Virus record (IMG/VR): IMGVR_UViG_3300024358_000010
Origin: a virus
Length of the DNA stretch: 64,000 bases
Reading direction: 5' to 3' (one strand)
Part shown: in pieces, positions 29,532-37,776 of the stretch
How the letters are laid out: every line of letters starts with the position of its first letter
How positions within the stretch are numbered: position 1 is the first letter of the stretch
Notes under the pieces: generated by a model
What the model was told of the DNA's origin: nothing
The model's input: the letters and a program-made list of their open reading frames with translations, nothing else
Database searches by the model: none
Program-made: the position numbers and the translations under genes

Positions 29532-31058
29532 TCAAAAGGTCCATATAAAACCGCCGTCCGACCCTTGATCTTCGTTATCCTCTATATCAGACAGCCTTCC
29601 TATTTTACCCATCTTATCCAGGTTAACTTCCGGATTAAACGGAATGTTGTTTACCTTAGCGTACTCTTCAGGTGTGGGCGGTTTAAAGAAGCTGCCGGTA
29701 GAATCAACTAATTTAGCCATGTCTACGTCTAAGCCAGCCGAAGAAAGGATGACAGCTGACTTGCTGAATAAATTAGTCATCGCATAGCGCAAAGCGTCAA
29801 TCCAGTGATCGTGCTCTGTATCAGGATCATCCGTGATTTGACCTGATGCATCTACTTTGTAATGGTAGAGCTGGAACTCCCTTATCAAGGGCTGACAAGT
29901 TTCTTGTGCAAAAAATATCTTTGGCTCCCCGGTTCCTGGGACTTTTAACCATTTCTTTATGACCTGGATGCCAGTGTTTACTTGGCCCTTGTCAGTGTTA
30001 GTTGATGTGGGAAGACCGAGCTTTCTCATCTCGACTGCGTCACCCGGATCGGCTTGATCTGGGAAGTAGAGCTGAACCCGATAAGCCTGGTGCCACTTAT
30101 TCTTGACGTGGTGCATCCAGGCAGGTCGAGATATGTACGTCATACCGTCGCATCTGACGACGTAGATGTTTTCCTTAGAGTCTACGAAAAAAGTTACCAA
30201 AGTATGAGGGTTAGACCATCCCCAGTCGATACCCGAGTATGCTGGCAAACCCATTGCTAAACATTTCTTAACAAAGATATCGTGATTGCACTCGCCAGGA
30301 AATTCCTTGCCGGTAAGAGTGAGCCACATCTGATTCCATGTCCTGACGTGCGTACGCTCATCAAATTCCTTAAACACAATTCCCTCAACTGATGGTTTAA
30401 GATTCATCAGCTGTGACATTGCCCAATCAGGACCTTCGGAAAGTATCTTCTGGGCAAGTTCGTCAATCGACTTGAGCATCGGCGATGTGGATGTTTGATT
30501 TTTGGCGTCACCTAAGCAGATTGGCGCAAGAGGGCACTTGTGGCAACCAGAATACATCTCGTACGGCGCGTAGTCTTTTTTCTTCTGCTCGCTGAGTTTA
30601 TTGTATTCAGACGGAAGACGCATGTCGAATGAATTTTGGTCGATATAGTATTCTTGCTTAGTCGTACCGGATCTAGAGTCTGGGCAGCGCTCAGTAAACT
30701 CGAACGCGGTCCAGCGGCGAACATGTCTCCCCTGCTTCTCGGCATTCTCGATGGCTTGATTCATTAGCCCGTATCGAGATTTTCTAGTTGAGATACCCAC
30801 TCTTAGCGGCTTCTTGCCCCGCTTGGAGTCGAGCATACCAGATATCTCTTTGTATGCCTTTAATCCTTCGCCAGAAACTGTGTCGATTTCATCGACCACA
30901 ACCAGCGGTACGTGAGGTCCGTTGCAGTTGTGATTTATAGTGCCATCGATCGTAACAAATGAATTAGACATCGGATTTGTCGGATCCGAATTAGAACGAA
31001 CCTCAAGTTTCGCTATTTGTTTGACACCGGTTCGCTCGAGCTTTTTAATTTTAGCCAT
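29532..31058 (-). CDS. terL: Terminase large subunit, C-terminal part, preceded by split-intein C fragment (IntC)
   Basis: Residues 1-44 end ...GTINHN, then C. Extein has Walker B VVVDE, ISTR motif, GIDWG nuclease motif and DHWIDALRYA. Confidence 0.9.
   Translation of the reverse strand: MAKIKKLERTGVKQIAKLEVRSNSDPTNPMSNSFVTIDGTINHNCNGPHVPLVVVDEIDTVSGEGLKAYKEISGMLDSKRGKKPLRVGISTRKSRYGLMNQAIENAEKQGRHVRRWTAFEFTERCPDSRSGTTKQEYYIDQNSFDMRLPSEYNKLSEQKKKDYAPYEMYSGCHKCPLAPICLGDAKNQTSTSPMLKSIDELAQKILSEGPDWAMSQLMNLKPSVEGIVFKEFDERTHVRTWNQMWLTLTGKEFPGECNHDIFVKKCLAMGLPAYSGIDWGWSNPHTLVTFFVDSKENIYVVRCDGMTYISRPAWMHHVKNKWHQAYRVQLYFPDQADPGDAVEMRKLGLPTSTNTDKGQVNTGIQVIKKWLKVPGTGEPKIFFAQETCQPLIREFQLYHYKVDASGQITDDPDTEHDHWIDALRYAMTNLFSKSAVILSSAGLDVDMAKLVDSTGSFFKPPTPEEYAKVNNIPFNPEVNLDKMGKIGRLSDIEDNEDQGSDGGFIWTF
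30927..31058 (-). other. Split intein C-terminal fragment (IntC, 44 aa)
   Basis: MAKIKKLERTGVKQIAKLEV...SFVTIDGTINHN followed by Cys+1. Confidence 0.85.
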
Positions 31059-31125
31059 ATATCACCTGGGTATATAGATCCCATGTCTAGTATCTATATA
31101 CTCAAAATGATAAGTATTTATAGTT

Positions 31126-32025
31126 TTATAGACCGTGATGATGTTTAAAATGTGCAACACCGCGATCTACGACCGCGTCTTCGTGTGCTTTCAATTTACG
31201 TAGATCGCCACTCAGAGCATCTTCATACGTACTAGAAACCTTGTCGTTAAGCGCCTCGTGGCGAGCTGTTGTCGCGTCGTCTTTAGGTTTAGCGTTGCTA
31301 TTATCGTACTCGTAATAAAGAATATCACCGGGGGATGTAGCAGAAACAGTCTTGTGATGACCGTATGCGCCCAGATTCAAAGCTTGAACATCGCCAACTA
31401 GATGGGGTTTTAGTGCCAAATTGTCGTGATCGTGAAAAACAGTAGGACCATGTTTGCCCTCATGATAAGGATCGATATTTGCTCCTATTGCTCTACTTAA
31501 ACCCTTTACAGCCTCAATGCCGTGATGATCATGCACATCTTTTAAATTTTTAACAGAATCATCCAGATGACGATCAAAGGCATTGCGTAGATCTTCATGA
31601 CTAAATCTTAGTCCACCATGATGGGGCATATCTGAGGCTTTAAAAGCATCTGCAGCCTTATTTTGCAAGTAACTAAGGTGCCCTAAATCAATGGATCCAG
31701 GGCTAGCATTGTTTACTAAATCTCTTATAGCACCAGAATGCTGCTGCAACGCCCGCGGAGACTTAGCATCAAGAGCGTCGTGATAATCAGCAAACATTTT
31801 ATTAAGTTTAGCATTGTATTGAGTTTTGTTAGGTGCAGAATTCGCATCCACACAGGTGTAGTGGTGCATTTTGTCGTTTCTCATAGAGCCACCGCATATA
31901 CATGCGTTTTGAGAAATATGAGGTGCTTTTTCCCATATGGCTTTACTTAAAAGCTGCCATTGACCGTTTGATTTTACGAGCAATTCTTCTTTGTGCGTTT
32001 TTAACGACTTGATTAAATTATTCAT
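31126..32025 (-). CDS. His-rich hypothetical protein with NGQW / LxKA head-type leader, located inside the split terL locus
   Basis: MNNLIKSLKTHKEELLVKSNGQWQLLSKA. Confidence 0.65.
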   Translation of the reverse strand: MNNLIKSLKTHKEELLVKSNGQWQLLSKAIWEKAPHISQNACICGGSMRNDKMHHYTCVDANSAPNKTQYNAKLNKMFADYHDALDAKSPRALQQHSGAIRDLVNNASPGSIDLGHLSYLQNKAADAFKASDMPHHGGLRFSHEDLRNAFDRHLDDSVKNLKDVHDHHGIEAVKGLSRAIGANIDPYHEGKHGPTVFHDHDNLALKPHLVGDVQALNLGAYGHHKTVSATSPGDILYYEYDNSNAKPKDDATTARHEALNDKVSSTYEDALSGDLRKLKAHEDAVVDRGVAHFKHHHGL

Positions 32026-32557
32026 ATCGATCTCTTGGTGGCTTTGTTTTCAAATTTAAAAAATTAAAGAAATCGTTTTCGCTTTTAAATGTCAACTTTT
32101 CATTGGTTGATTTAATCAATATAAAAGCTGGATTTTTCCACGACATTCCTTGACTTTCAAGGCTGTTTCTAATTCTACCATTATGGGCAGCCGACCCGGT
32201 TGCAAAAACTAAAACATTTCCAAGGTTTTCATCAGTGTACGGAAATATATCTAATACTATTATCTTTCTTATATTAAAAAATTTAATCTTTTTAAGATAC
32301 TGTCTGCTAAGAGTTGCATTGTGATTTCTCATAGGGTTCAGGAACCAGCCCATGCTTTTCATTTTAGAATCAAGATCTTGCATAAGATGTGCTGGAATTA
32401 CGAGATCGATATCGCCGCAAATAAATTTAGATCTCCTATACGAACCTGCGATTAGGTATCCGTTTATGTTAAGTTTAAAAGTTATAAACTTTACAATAAG
32501 ATATACGATAAATCTTGGTAATTTTAATTGCAAATTATTTGGCACCGATATAGCCAT
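32018..32557 (-). CDS. Minimal DNA polymerase X-family nucleotidyltransferase (palm and thumb only)
   Basis: IAGSYRR...GDIDLVI, third Asp in LDIF, FATGSAAHN, ENDFFNFLNL..KPPRDR; 179 aa. Confidence 0.8.
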   Translation of the reverse strand: MAISVPNNLQLKLPRFIVYLIVKFITFKLNINGYLIAGSYRRSKFICGDIDLVIPAHLMQDLDSKMKSMGWFLNPMRNHNATLSRQYLKKIKFFNIRKIIVLDIFPYTDENLGNVLVFATGSAAHNGRIRNSLESQGMSWKNPAFILIKSTNEKLTFKSENDFFNFLNLKTKPPRDRYE

Positions 32558-32582
32558 AATGCACTCTCTAATATTAATAATA

Positions 32583-33530
32583 TTAAATCGTTATAACGTC
32601 ATCGATATCAGTAAGATGCTGCAATTCTACCCAACCTCGTTGAGTCCAAACCTTATGGTCAAGCGTTCCTTCGATTATTCTTCCATCTTCTAACTCTACT
32701 CTGACACATTCCGCATCTTCAAGTTGATTGTCTATTACTTCAACAAAACCAATAGTATTTTTAATTAAATCCCCTGGTTTAAAATCCGCTAATATTTTTG
32801 GCACACCATTGCCATCGATTGACATAGTACAAGAAGTTAAACAGGCTTTTAATGTGCATGGAATCACTTCAAGTGTGACCTTCTCACCCGTAACATTAAA
32901 TACCGATTTTTCCATCGTAAATTTTTCAAGAATACGGTCGGCTTCTTGTGTTTTAGGTGGCAAAATTAACGGTTTAATTCTGTCGGACATCAGAAACTTT
33001 TGCTGATACTCGTAGCATCGTTTTGCCTGTGATAGAATCGCACCCACATGAACAACATCGCGCTGATCGTGCAAAAGTATTAGAAGTTCGGCGATAGCCA
33101 TGCCAAGTGTTTTTCCAGAGCCCCTACCGGCAACGTATAGCAACTCTTGCACATTTTGCGGATTATCGTTGTTAACGCAAATATTATAAGCTTCCCATAT
33201 CGCGTGAAAAGGCGTCGTATCCGCATAGCGGGAAACCTTGCAATCTGGCAGCTGGAGGTTAAAAAAGTATTTAATATAGTTCTTTAGATCTTTCTCTGTT
33301 CGGCACGGCGTAAGAAAGATCTTTTCGAGCTGCGCCATTGTCAGGTGTGCGGCTCTCTCAGACATTCTCTGAGAAGCTTGCTGCTGCTTTGCGACCTTAG
33401 TTAAGGCCGTCTGCTCGGCGCGCTTCTTAGGAAGCTCGATAAACTTCTTATAATGGTTGCCGCAGTAACCTTTTGCCTTGATCGGCTTACCGCACCCGGT
33501 GACTGAGCAAAACTTAGACTCGTCACTCAT
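32583..33530 (-). CDS. terL: Terminase large subunit, N-terminal part, fused to split-intein N fragment (IntN)
   Basis: Walker A AGRGSGKT and ILSQA motif; residues 230-315 are IntN. Confidence 0.9.
   Translation of the reverse strand: MSDESKFCSVTGCGKPIKAKGYCGNHYKKFIELPKKRAEQTALTKVAKQQQASQRMSERAAHLTMAQLEKIFLTPCRTEKDLKNYIKYFFNLQLPDCKVSRYADTTPFHAIWEAYNICVNNDNPQNVQELLYVAGRGSGKTLGMAIAELLILLHDQRDVVHVGAILSQAKRCYEYQQKFLMSDRIKPLILPPKTQEADRILEKFTMEKSVFNVTGEKVTLEVIPCTLKACLTSCTMSIDGNGVPKILADFKPGDLIKNTIGFVEVIDNQLEDAECVRVELEDGRIIEGTLDHKVWTQRGWVELQHLTDIDDVITI
32586..32843 (-). other. Split intein N-terminal fragment (IntN, 86 aa)
   Basis: Block A CLTSCTMS, FKPGD, block B IEGTLDHKVWTQRGWVELQHL; acidic C-terminus. 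Confidence 0.88.
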
Positions 33531-34140
33531 CTTCTGGGTCCTGGACTAATTGGGCCAAGAGAACAGACTCGTCGGCTGGTTCTGGTTTGGGTAGGGCTTT
33601 AGGTTTGCTTGATTTAGACAAAAGTTTAGGTTGATCAGTCTCTGCAGGAGCAGAAAGGGCTCTAACTGAGTCTGCGACTTTCGCCAGCATCTCTATTACC
33701 TGCTGGTATTCTTTTAAACTTTTGATTCTCATCTGAGGAGGAGGCGCTTTAGAAGGATCTTGGAGATACTTGCGCATCTCCTCCATGTTCTCTGTGGTAG
33801 AGACAGACACCATGTCTGTAAGAAACTCAACCTGCTCGACGGTGGATTTAACTATGCGGGCCCGAATCCTGTCATATATTGAGTTGGCTAACTTTTCACG
33901 ATCTTTAACCCACCCGTTTAAGGCAGCCGTCAGCGAGATTTTTCCCAAAGAATATTGGGGAAATTTCCTGCTTAGATCTTCTAACGAATAGCCAAGCAGG
34001 AAAAGTTCGTAAACGGGCATAGCCTCTTGCTTGCCCATGGCGCCTGCGGTCTTATGCTGACGAAGATACTTTTCGGCCTCGCGGACCTGATCGAAACTAA
34101 GTCCGTAGCGTTCTTCAGCGTTCAGTCTCTTTTTTAGCAA
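33523..34140 (-). CDS. Putative terminase small subunit
   Basis: HTH-like ELFLLGYSLEDLSRKF...GWVKDR then helical body; overlaps the terL start; TTG start with GGAG RBS. Confidence 0.55.
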   Translation of the reverse strand: MLKKRLNAEERYGLSFDQVREAEKYLRQHKTAGAMGKQEAMPVYELFLLGYSLEDLSRKFPQYSLGKISLTAALNGWVKDREKLANSIYDRIRARIVKSTVEQVEFLTDMVSVSTTENMEEMRKYLQDPSKAPPPQMRIKSLKEYQQVIEMLAKVADSVRALSAPAETDQPKLLSKSSKPKALPKPEPADESVLLAQLVQDPEDE

Positions 34141-34522
34141 GCGCTTTCTCCCATATAGGATGGGTAGAGATGTTGTTTATCATCTGCTGCAGACGTAACA
34201 TCTCGATCATCTTATACTTGGAAACTTGCTCTTTTGTAAACCCTATAACAAGCAAGATCATAACTGATCTTTCCAGTTCGGTAAAATTATCTAATAATTC
34301 CAACATCTCGGACGTTGGTGGTGACTGTAAGTAATTAATAAGATTACTTATTATGATGTCGTTGGCGTCATTCCTGCTCTTAATCTCGATGAATCTAGAC
34401 GACAGGTCGAAGTAGGGATCTTCCAAATAGGCTACCCACAGATCTTGTCTCTCGTCCTCATCTTGGGACAGAGTCTCGATCTTTCTTTGAATCATCATTA
34501 AATGTGGGTCCTTGATCCTCAT
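34115..34522 (-). CDS. Small sigma-factor-like protein
   Basis: DERQDLWVAYLE (region 2-like) and LDNFTELERSVMILLVIGFTKEQVS (region 4-like). Confidence 0.45.
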   Translation of the reverse strand: MRIKDPHLMMIQRKIETLSQDEDERQDLWVAYLEDPYFDLSSRFIEIKSRNDANDIIISNLINYLQSPPTSEMLELLDNFTELERSVMILLVIGFTKEQVSKYKMIEMLRLQQMINNISTHPIWEKALAKKETER

Positions 34523-34904
34523 ACTCCGAGCTTTCTTTTAACTCAAGATCGACACTCCAAGTCGGTCCGCAGTAGGTTTTTACAAAACCGTTCAATATCT
34601 TTAAAAATTCTAAATTACCATGGCGCTTAAGAAGTCGCTTAAGCTTCCACATACCGAGTATGGAGTCGGTGTTTTTAAGCGCAATATATCTATTATAATC
34701 TTTTAGTAAAGAAAGATCAGCATAGAGTGTGTATTTTATGAGCTTAGTGTTTGAATCTACAGACAATTCTACTGCTGTAATACCTTTATTTATTATGGCC
34801 CCATAAAGGTACAAACTGTCTTTAGTTTGATCAGTAAACAGACCGTTATTGAGGAGCCACCTGTGCTGATCTAGCAGCTCGTGTACGTTGGCGTTGGTGT
34901 TCAT
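34458..34904 (-). CDS. Hypothetical protein
   Basis: 148 aa, ATGA-coupled to the upstream gene. Confidence 0.6.
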   Translation of the reverse strand: MNTNANVHELLDQHRWLLNNGLFTDQTKDSLYLYGAIINKGITAVELSVDSNTKLIKYTLYADLSLLKDYNRYIALKNTDSILGMWKLKRLLKRHGNLEFLKILNGFVKTYCGPTWSVDLELKESSEYEDQGPTFNDDSKKDRDSVPR

Positions 34905-35878
34905 TGCTGCTCCGTGTACCTTTTAAGTATACTCTTAAGTTCATATTTATCAATCGCGCCTGAGTAAATTTTGTCTACGTACTGTTCAGCCATACTGTAA
35001 ATAGTAGGCGCAGATATTTGCGTGCGATTTGACTTAATCGTGTCTGTGAATTCAGTTTTAAAGACAACTTGAGTTCTTCGTTTTAAATCTAAAATCTTAT
35101 CGGACTCCAGTAGAGCTTTGATCTCAGCGCGTGGACCTATTAGTTTTACTACCCAACGATCTGTTTCATTTAGCTCTAAAGAAGTAGATTCAGCTAAATC
35201 AAAATCTAAGGTACGCCACATAGGGAACGGTGACTCAATAAACGTCCAGGACATAGAATCTGTATCTAAGAAGGAGATTCCTTTGACCTGGTTTGCATCA
35301 GAAGCCGTGAGACTCGTCGGAGTTCCGGGATATACAACATGTCCCTCATTGAGCGACTGTTTCTTGTGGATATGTCCAGAGACCACAGTGTATCCCTGAA
35401 CCTGAACAAGTGGTATACCATCGTCTGCAAATTTGAACCCATAGTCAGCGCCTATAAATGTGTTGTGAGTTACAGCTATATCCGTTTTAATATCTGGCCA
35501 ATCTAGAGGATTGGGTAGATAAGGGATGTAGGTAGCACCGTCTAATTGAATTATTGAATCAACTACTGTTACGCCCTTAACATCCCTAAAAACCTCTAAA
35601 GCGTGATATTTGCTGCAGTTAGGCTTCCACATATCGTGGTTACCGAGCAACATAACCATCGGTATCTTCATATCAACCACACGAAGGATATGAGAGTTAA
35701 CCAGAGACAAGACTTCAGCACGTATAACGGCGTGATCGTCAAAGGTGTCGCCGAGATTGACGATCAGATCTGGCTTATGCTCCTCTGCCGCACTTTCAAT
35801 CCAAGAAAGAAGCTTCTCACCCTCGGAGAGATGGGTATGACGGATATGTGGGTCACCTATGAACATAATCTTAGACAC
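34901..35878 (-). CDS. sbcD: SbcD/Mre11-like nuclease (metallophosphoesterase)
   Basis: GDPH, LGDTFD, GNHD, THN, SGHIH, YPGT motifs. Confidence 0.8.
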   Translation of the reverse strand: MSKIMFIGDPHIRHTHLSEGEKLLSWIESAAEEHKPDLIVNLGDTFDDHAVIRAEVLSLVNSHILRVVDMKIPMVMLLGNHDMWKPNCSKYHALEVFRDVKGVTVVDSIIQLDGATYIPYLPNPLDWPDIKTDIAVTHNTFIGADYGFKFADDGIPLVQVQGYTVVSGHIHKKQSLNEGHVVYPGTPTSLTASDANQVKGISFLDTDSMSWTFIESPFPMWRTLDFDLAESTSLELNETDRWVVKLIGPRAEIKALLESDKILDLKRRTQVVFKTEFTDTIKSNRTQISAPTIYSMAEQYVDKIYSGAIDKYELKSILKRYTEQQ

Positions 35879-36023
35879 GGTATTTCTCCATGCGCTCTGC
35901 CCAGCGTATCAATCTTGGATCTAATAACTTTGGCGGAACAGTCAACTTTAACTTGAAGAACACAGTTATGCCGCGCAGGACAACTAGCCTTATCGAGGGT
36001 CTGCTATGTTGAATCTGATCCAC
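35871..36023 (-). CDS. Possible small hypothetical protein (50 aa)
   Basis: GTG-start frame MDQIQHSRPSIR...RWAERMEKYRV that fills the gap and overlaps the sbcD start. Confidence 0.3.
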   Translation of the reverse strand: MDQIQHSRPSIRLVVLRGITVFFKLKLTVPPKLLDPRLIRWAERMEKYRV

Positions 36024-36189
36024 GATCCGTCGCCTTTCTAGTTGCGGCTATAATAACAGCATCATATATGCCGCTATTAATCTGGCGCGGATTGCCAACA
36101 GATAAGCGCAACTTACACGCCACGTCCATAACATTCATTATGAGCGCAGCGTTCAGCCAAAACAAGGTTTCCCTGTCGTGAGGGCTCAC
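36004..36189 (-). CDS. Small hypothetical protein
   Basis: GTGA-coupled to the recA stop. Confidence 0.4.
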   Translation of the reverse strand: MSPHDRETLFWLNAALIMNVMDVACKLRLSVGNPRQINSGIYDAVIIAATRKATDRGSDST

Positions 36190-37286
36190 AGAGCTTCCTC
36201 AAGCCCGTCATCAACAAAACCAAGAGAATCTGTCTCCACTTTTACGTCCTGATACTCATAACAGGCACTAAGGATGCGGTTTTGGAGATCTTTGTCTGCC
36301 ACAACCATGTTCTTGATATTCTGCTCGCCGCGTACTGGTGCGTCATTGCCGAAACACCACATTTGTGGATTTTCGCGACCGGTTTCAGGATTAACTGGAT
36401 GCCTGATTACGCCTAGCGCTTTTGCCAGTTCGAATATCTCGCCGCCGGTGTCGATGACGCCAAGATCATAGTGAAAAGTAAACTCGGCCTGGCGGGCGGG
36501 TGCGCCCATGCGATTCTTCTTGACCTTAACACGAACTTTATGGCCAACCTGTGCAGCAGCGCCGGTAATTGTCTCACCGTGCTCAATCACGCCTTTCTTT
36601 GAGTCGACGCGGGTGATCTCAAGCATCAAATCCGCAGCATGCTTGAGGGCGTGACCCTCAGAGATAACGTATGGGTTGCGGAGAGCCTTCATTGGATCCA
36701 TTTGCGCAGTTACCTGCTGTATAAAGAAAGTCAACAACTTATGCTCTGCGATTACAGGTATGACGAGTTTAAGAGCGCTGCCGAGATACTGGGAACCGCT
36801 GCCGCCCATAATCTGATCAGTGGTTTGCTTGCGGACGTCTTTTGGATATCTGATTGCCTTGATTGAATCAATCACAATGGCCTTAATTGGTGCGCCATCT
36901 TGAATCAATTCAAGCATCTCGCCGCCAATATAATCAAAGATTTTGATCGGATCATTTGATTTTCTGACTACGAGACGATCCGGATCACCGCCCAACTTGG
37001 TGAACATCTGCGCATTAAACGAGTATTCGGCGTCAAACCAGATAGCAAGCGCCTCTGGGTCTCGTCTCTGCATCTCAATTAGACCCATCATAGCAAGCAT
37101 AGACTTACCGGATGACTCTGGTCCGTAAAGAATATTCACCTTGCTAGGAAGAAAGCCTCCCTGGCAGGTTGCCCAGTTTAAAGATGGGCTCCAAGATGGT
37201 ATTGGATCAGGTCTTTGCATCTTTAGTTTAGATGCGGCGACTCCAAGATCTGATGTTAATTTAGACATCCATTTATTAGTACTCAT
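36186..37286 (-). CDS. recA: RecA/UvsX-like recombinase
   Basis: GPESSGKS, FDAEYS, IVIDSI, GHALKH, VKVKKNR. Confidence 0.9.
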   Translation of the reverse strand: MSTNKWMSKLTSDLGVAASKLKMQRPDPIPSWSPSLNWATCQGGFLPSKVNILYGPESSGKSMLAMMGLIEMQRRDPEALAIWFDAEYSFNAQMFTKLGGDPDRLVVRKSNDPIKIFDYIGGEMLELIQDGAPIKAIVIDSIKAIRYPKDVRKQTTDQIMGGSGSQYLGSALKLVIPVIAEHKLLTFFIQQVTAQMDPMKALRNPYVISEGHALKHAADLMLEITRVDSKKGVIEHGETITGAAAQVGHKVRVKVKKNRMGAPARQAEFTFHYDLGVIDTGGEIFELAKALGVIRHPVNPETGRENPQMWCFGNDAPVRGEQNIKNMVVADKDLQNRILSACYEYQDVKVETDSLGFVDDGLEEAL

Positions 37287-37297
37287 ACCAATTTCCT

Positions 37298-37768
37298 TTA
37301 TTTCATCCCTTCCCAGGGCGTCATGTAACCGTCTTCTGACAACTTTTTGACGGCATCGATTGCGAATCTAAACTCTTGAACCTTGTTTCTCAACAGCAAA
37401 GATAGAGCTTGAGCTCTCGCGTATATATCTTTAGCTCTCTGAACATCAGGGTCTAAGGCAACATAGGCCTTACGCGACTCAACCGTGGGCTTTTCCCCTT
37501 TAACCTTAAAATAATCCGGTGCTCGGTCAAGATACGCGATAGCCTCTGCCGTATCCAAAGCTGCCTTAGCGTTGAGTTCGGCTTGGACTGCTTTCGCGTG
37601 CATCACGGATGACACATCGTAGGCGATGATGAAGTCCCGCAGATACACGGGAGCCATCATCTTGTTAAAGCCTTGGCCAATATCGCTCAGCTTGCGAGAA
37701 AAAGCTGCTATATGCTTTAGGTCGATCGAGTCCAGATTAGACTCGATGACCTGAAGATCGTGACTCAC
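37298..37768 (-). CDS. UvsY-like recombination mediator
   Basis: Helical protein with KPTVESRKAYVALDPDV motif, between SSB and RecA. Confidence 0.55.
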   Translation of the reverse strand: MSHDLQVIESNLDSIDLKHIAAFSRKLSDIGQGFNKMMAPVYLRDFIIAYDVSSVMHAKAVQAELNAKAALDTAEAIAYLDRAPDYFKVKGEKPTVESRKAYVALDPDVQRAKDIYARAQALSLLLRNKVQEFRFAIDAVKKLSEDGYMTPWEGMK

Positions 37769-37776
37769 GATTCACC

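Noticed and set aside
31059-32582. Group I/II intron as the explanation for the terL interruption
   Set aside because: The gap is almost entirely filled by two ORFs with no room for a ribozyme core. Both halves have their own stop or start plus RBS, and intein termini.
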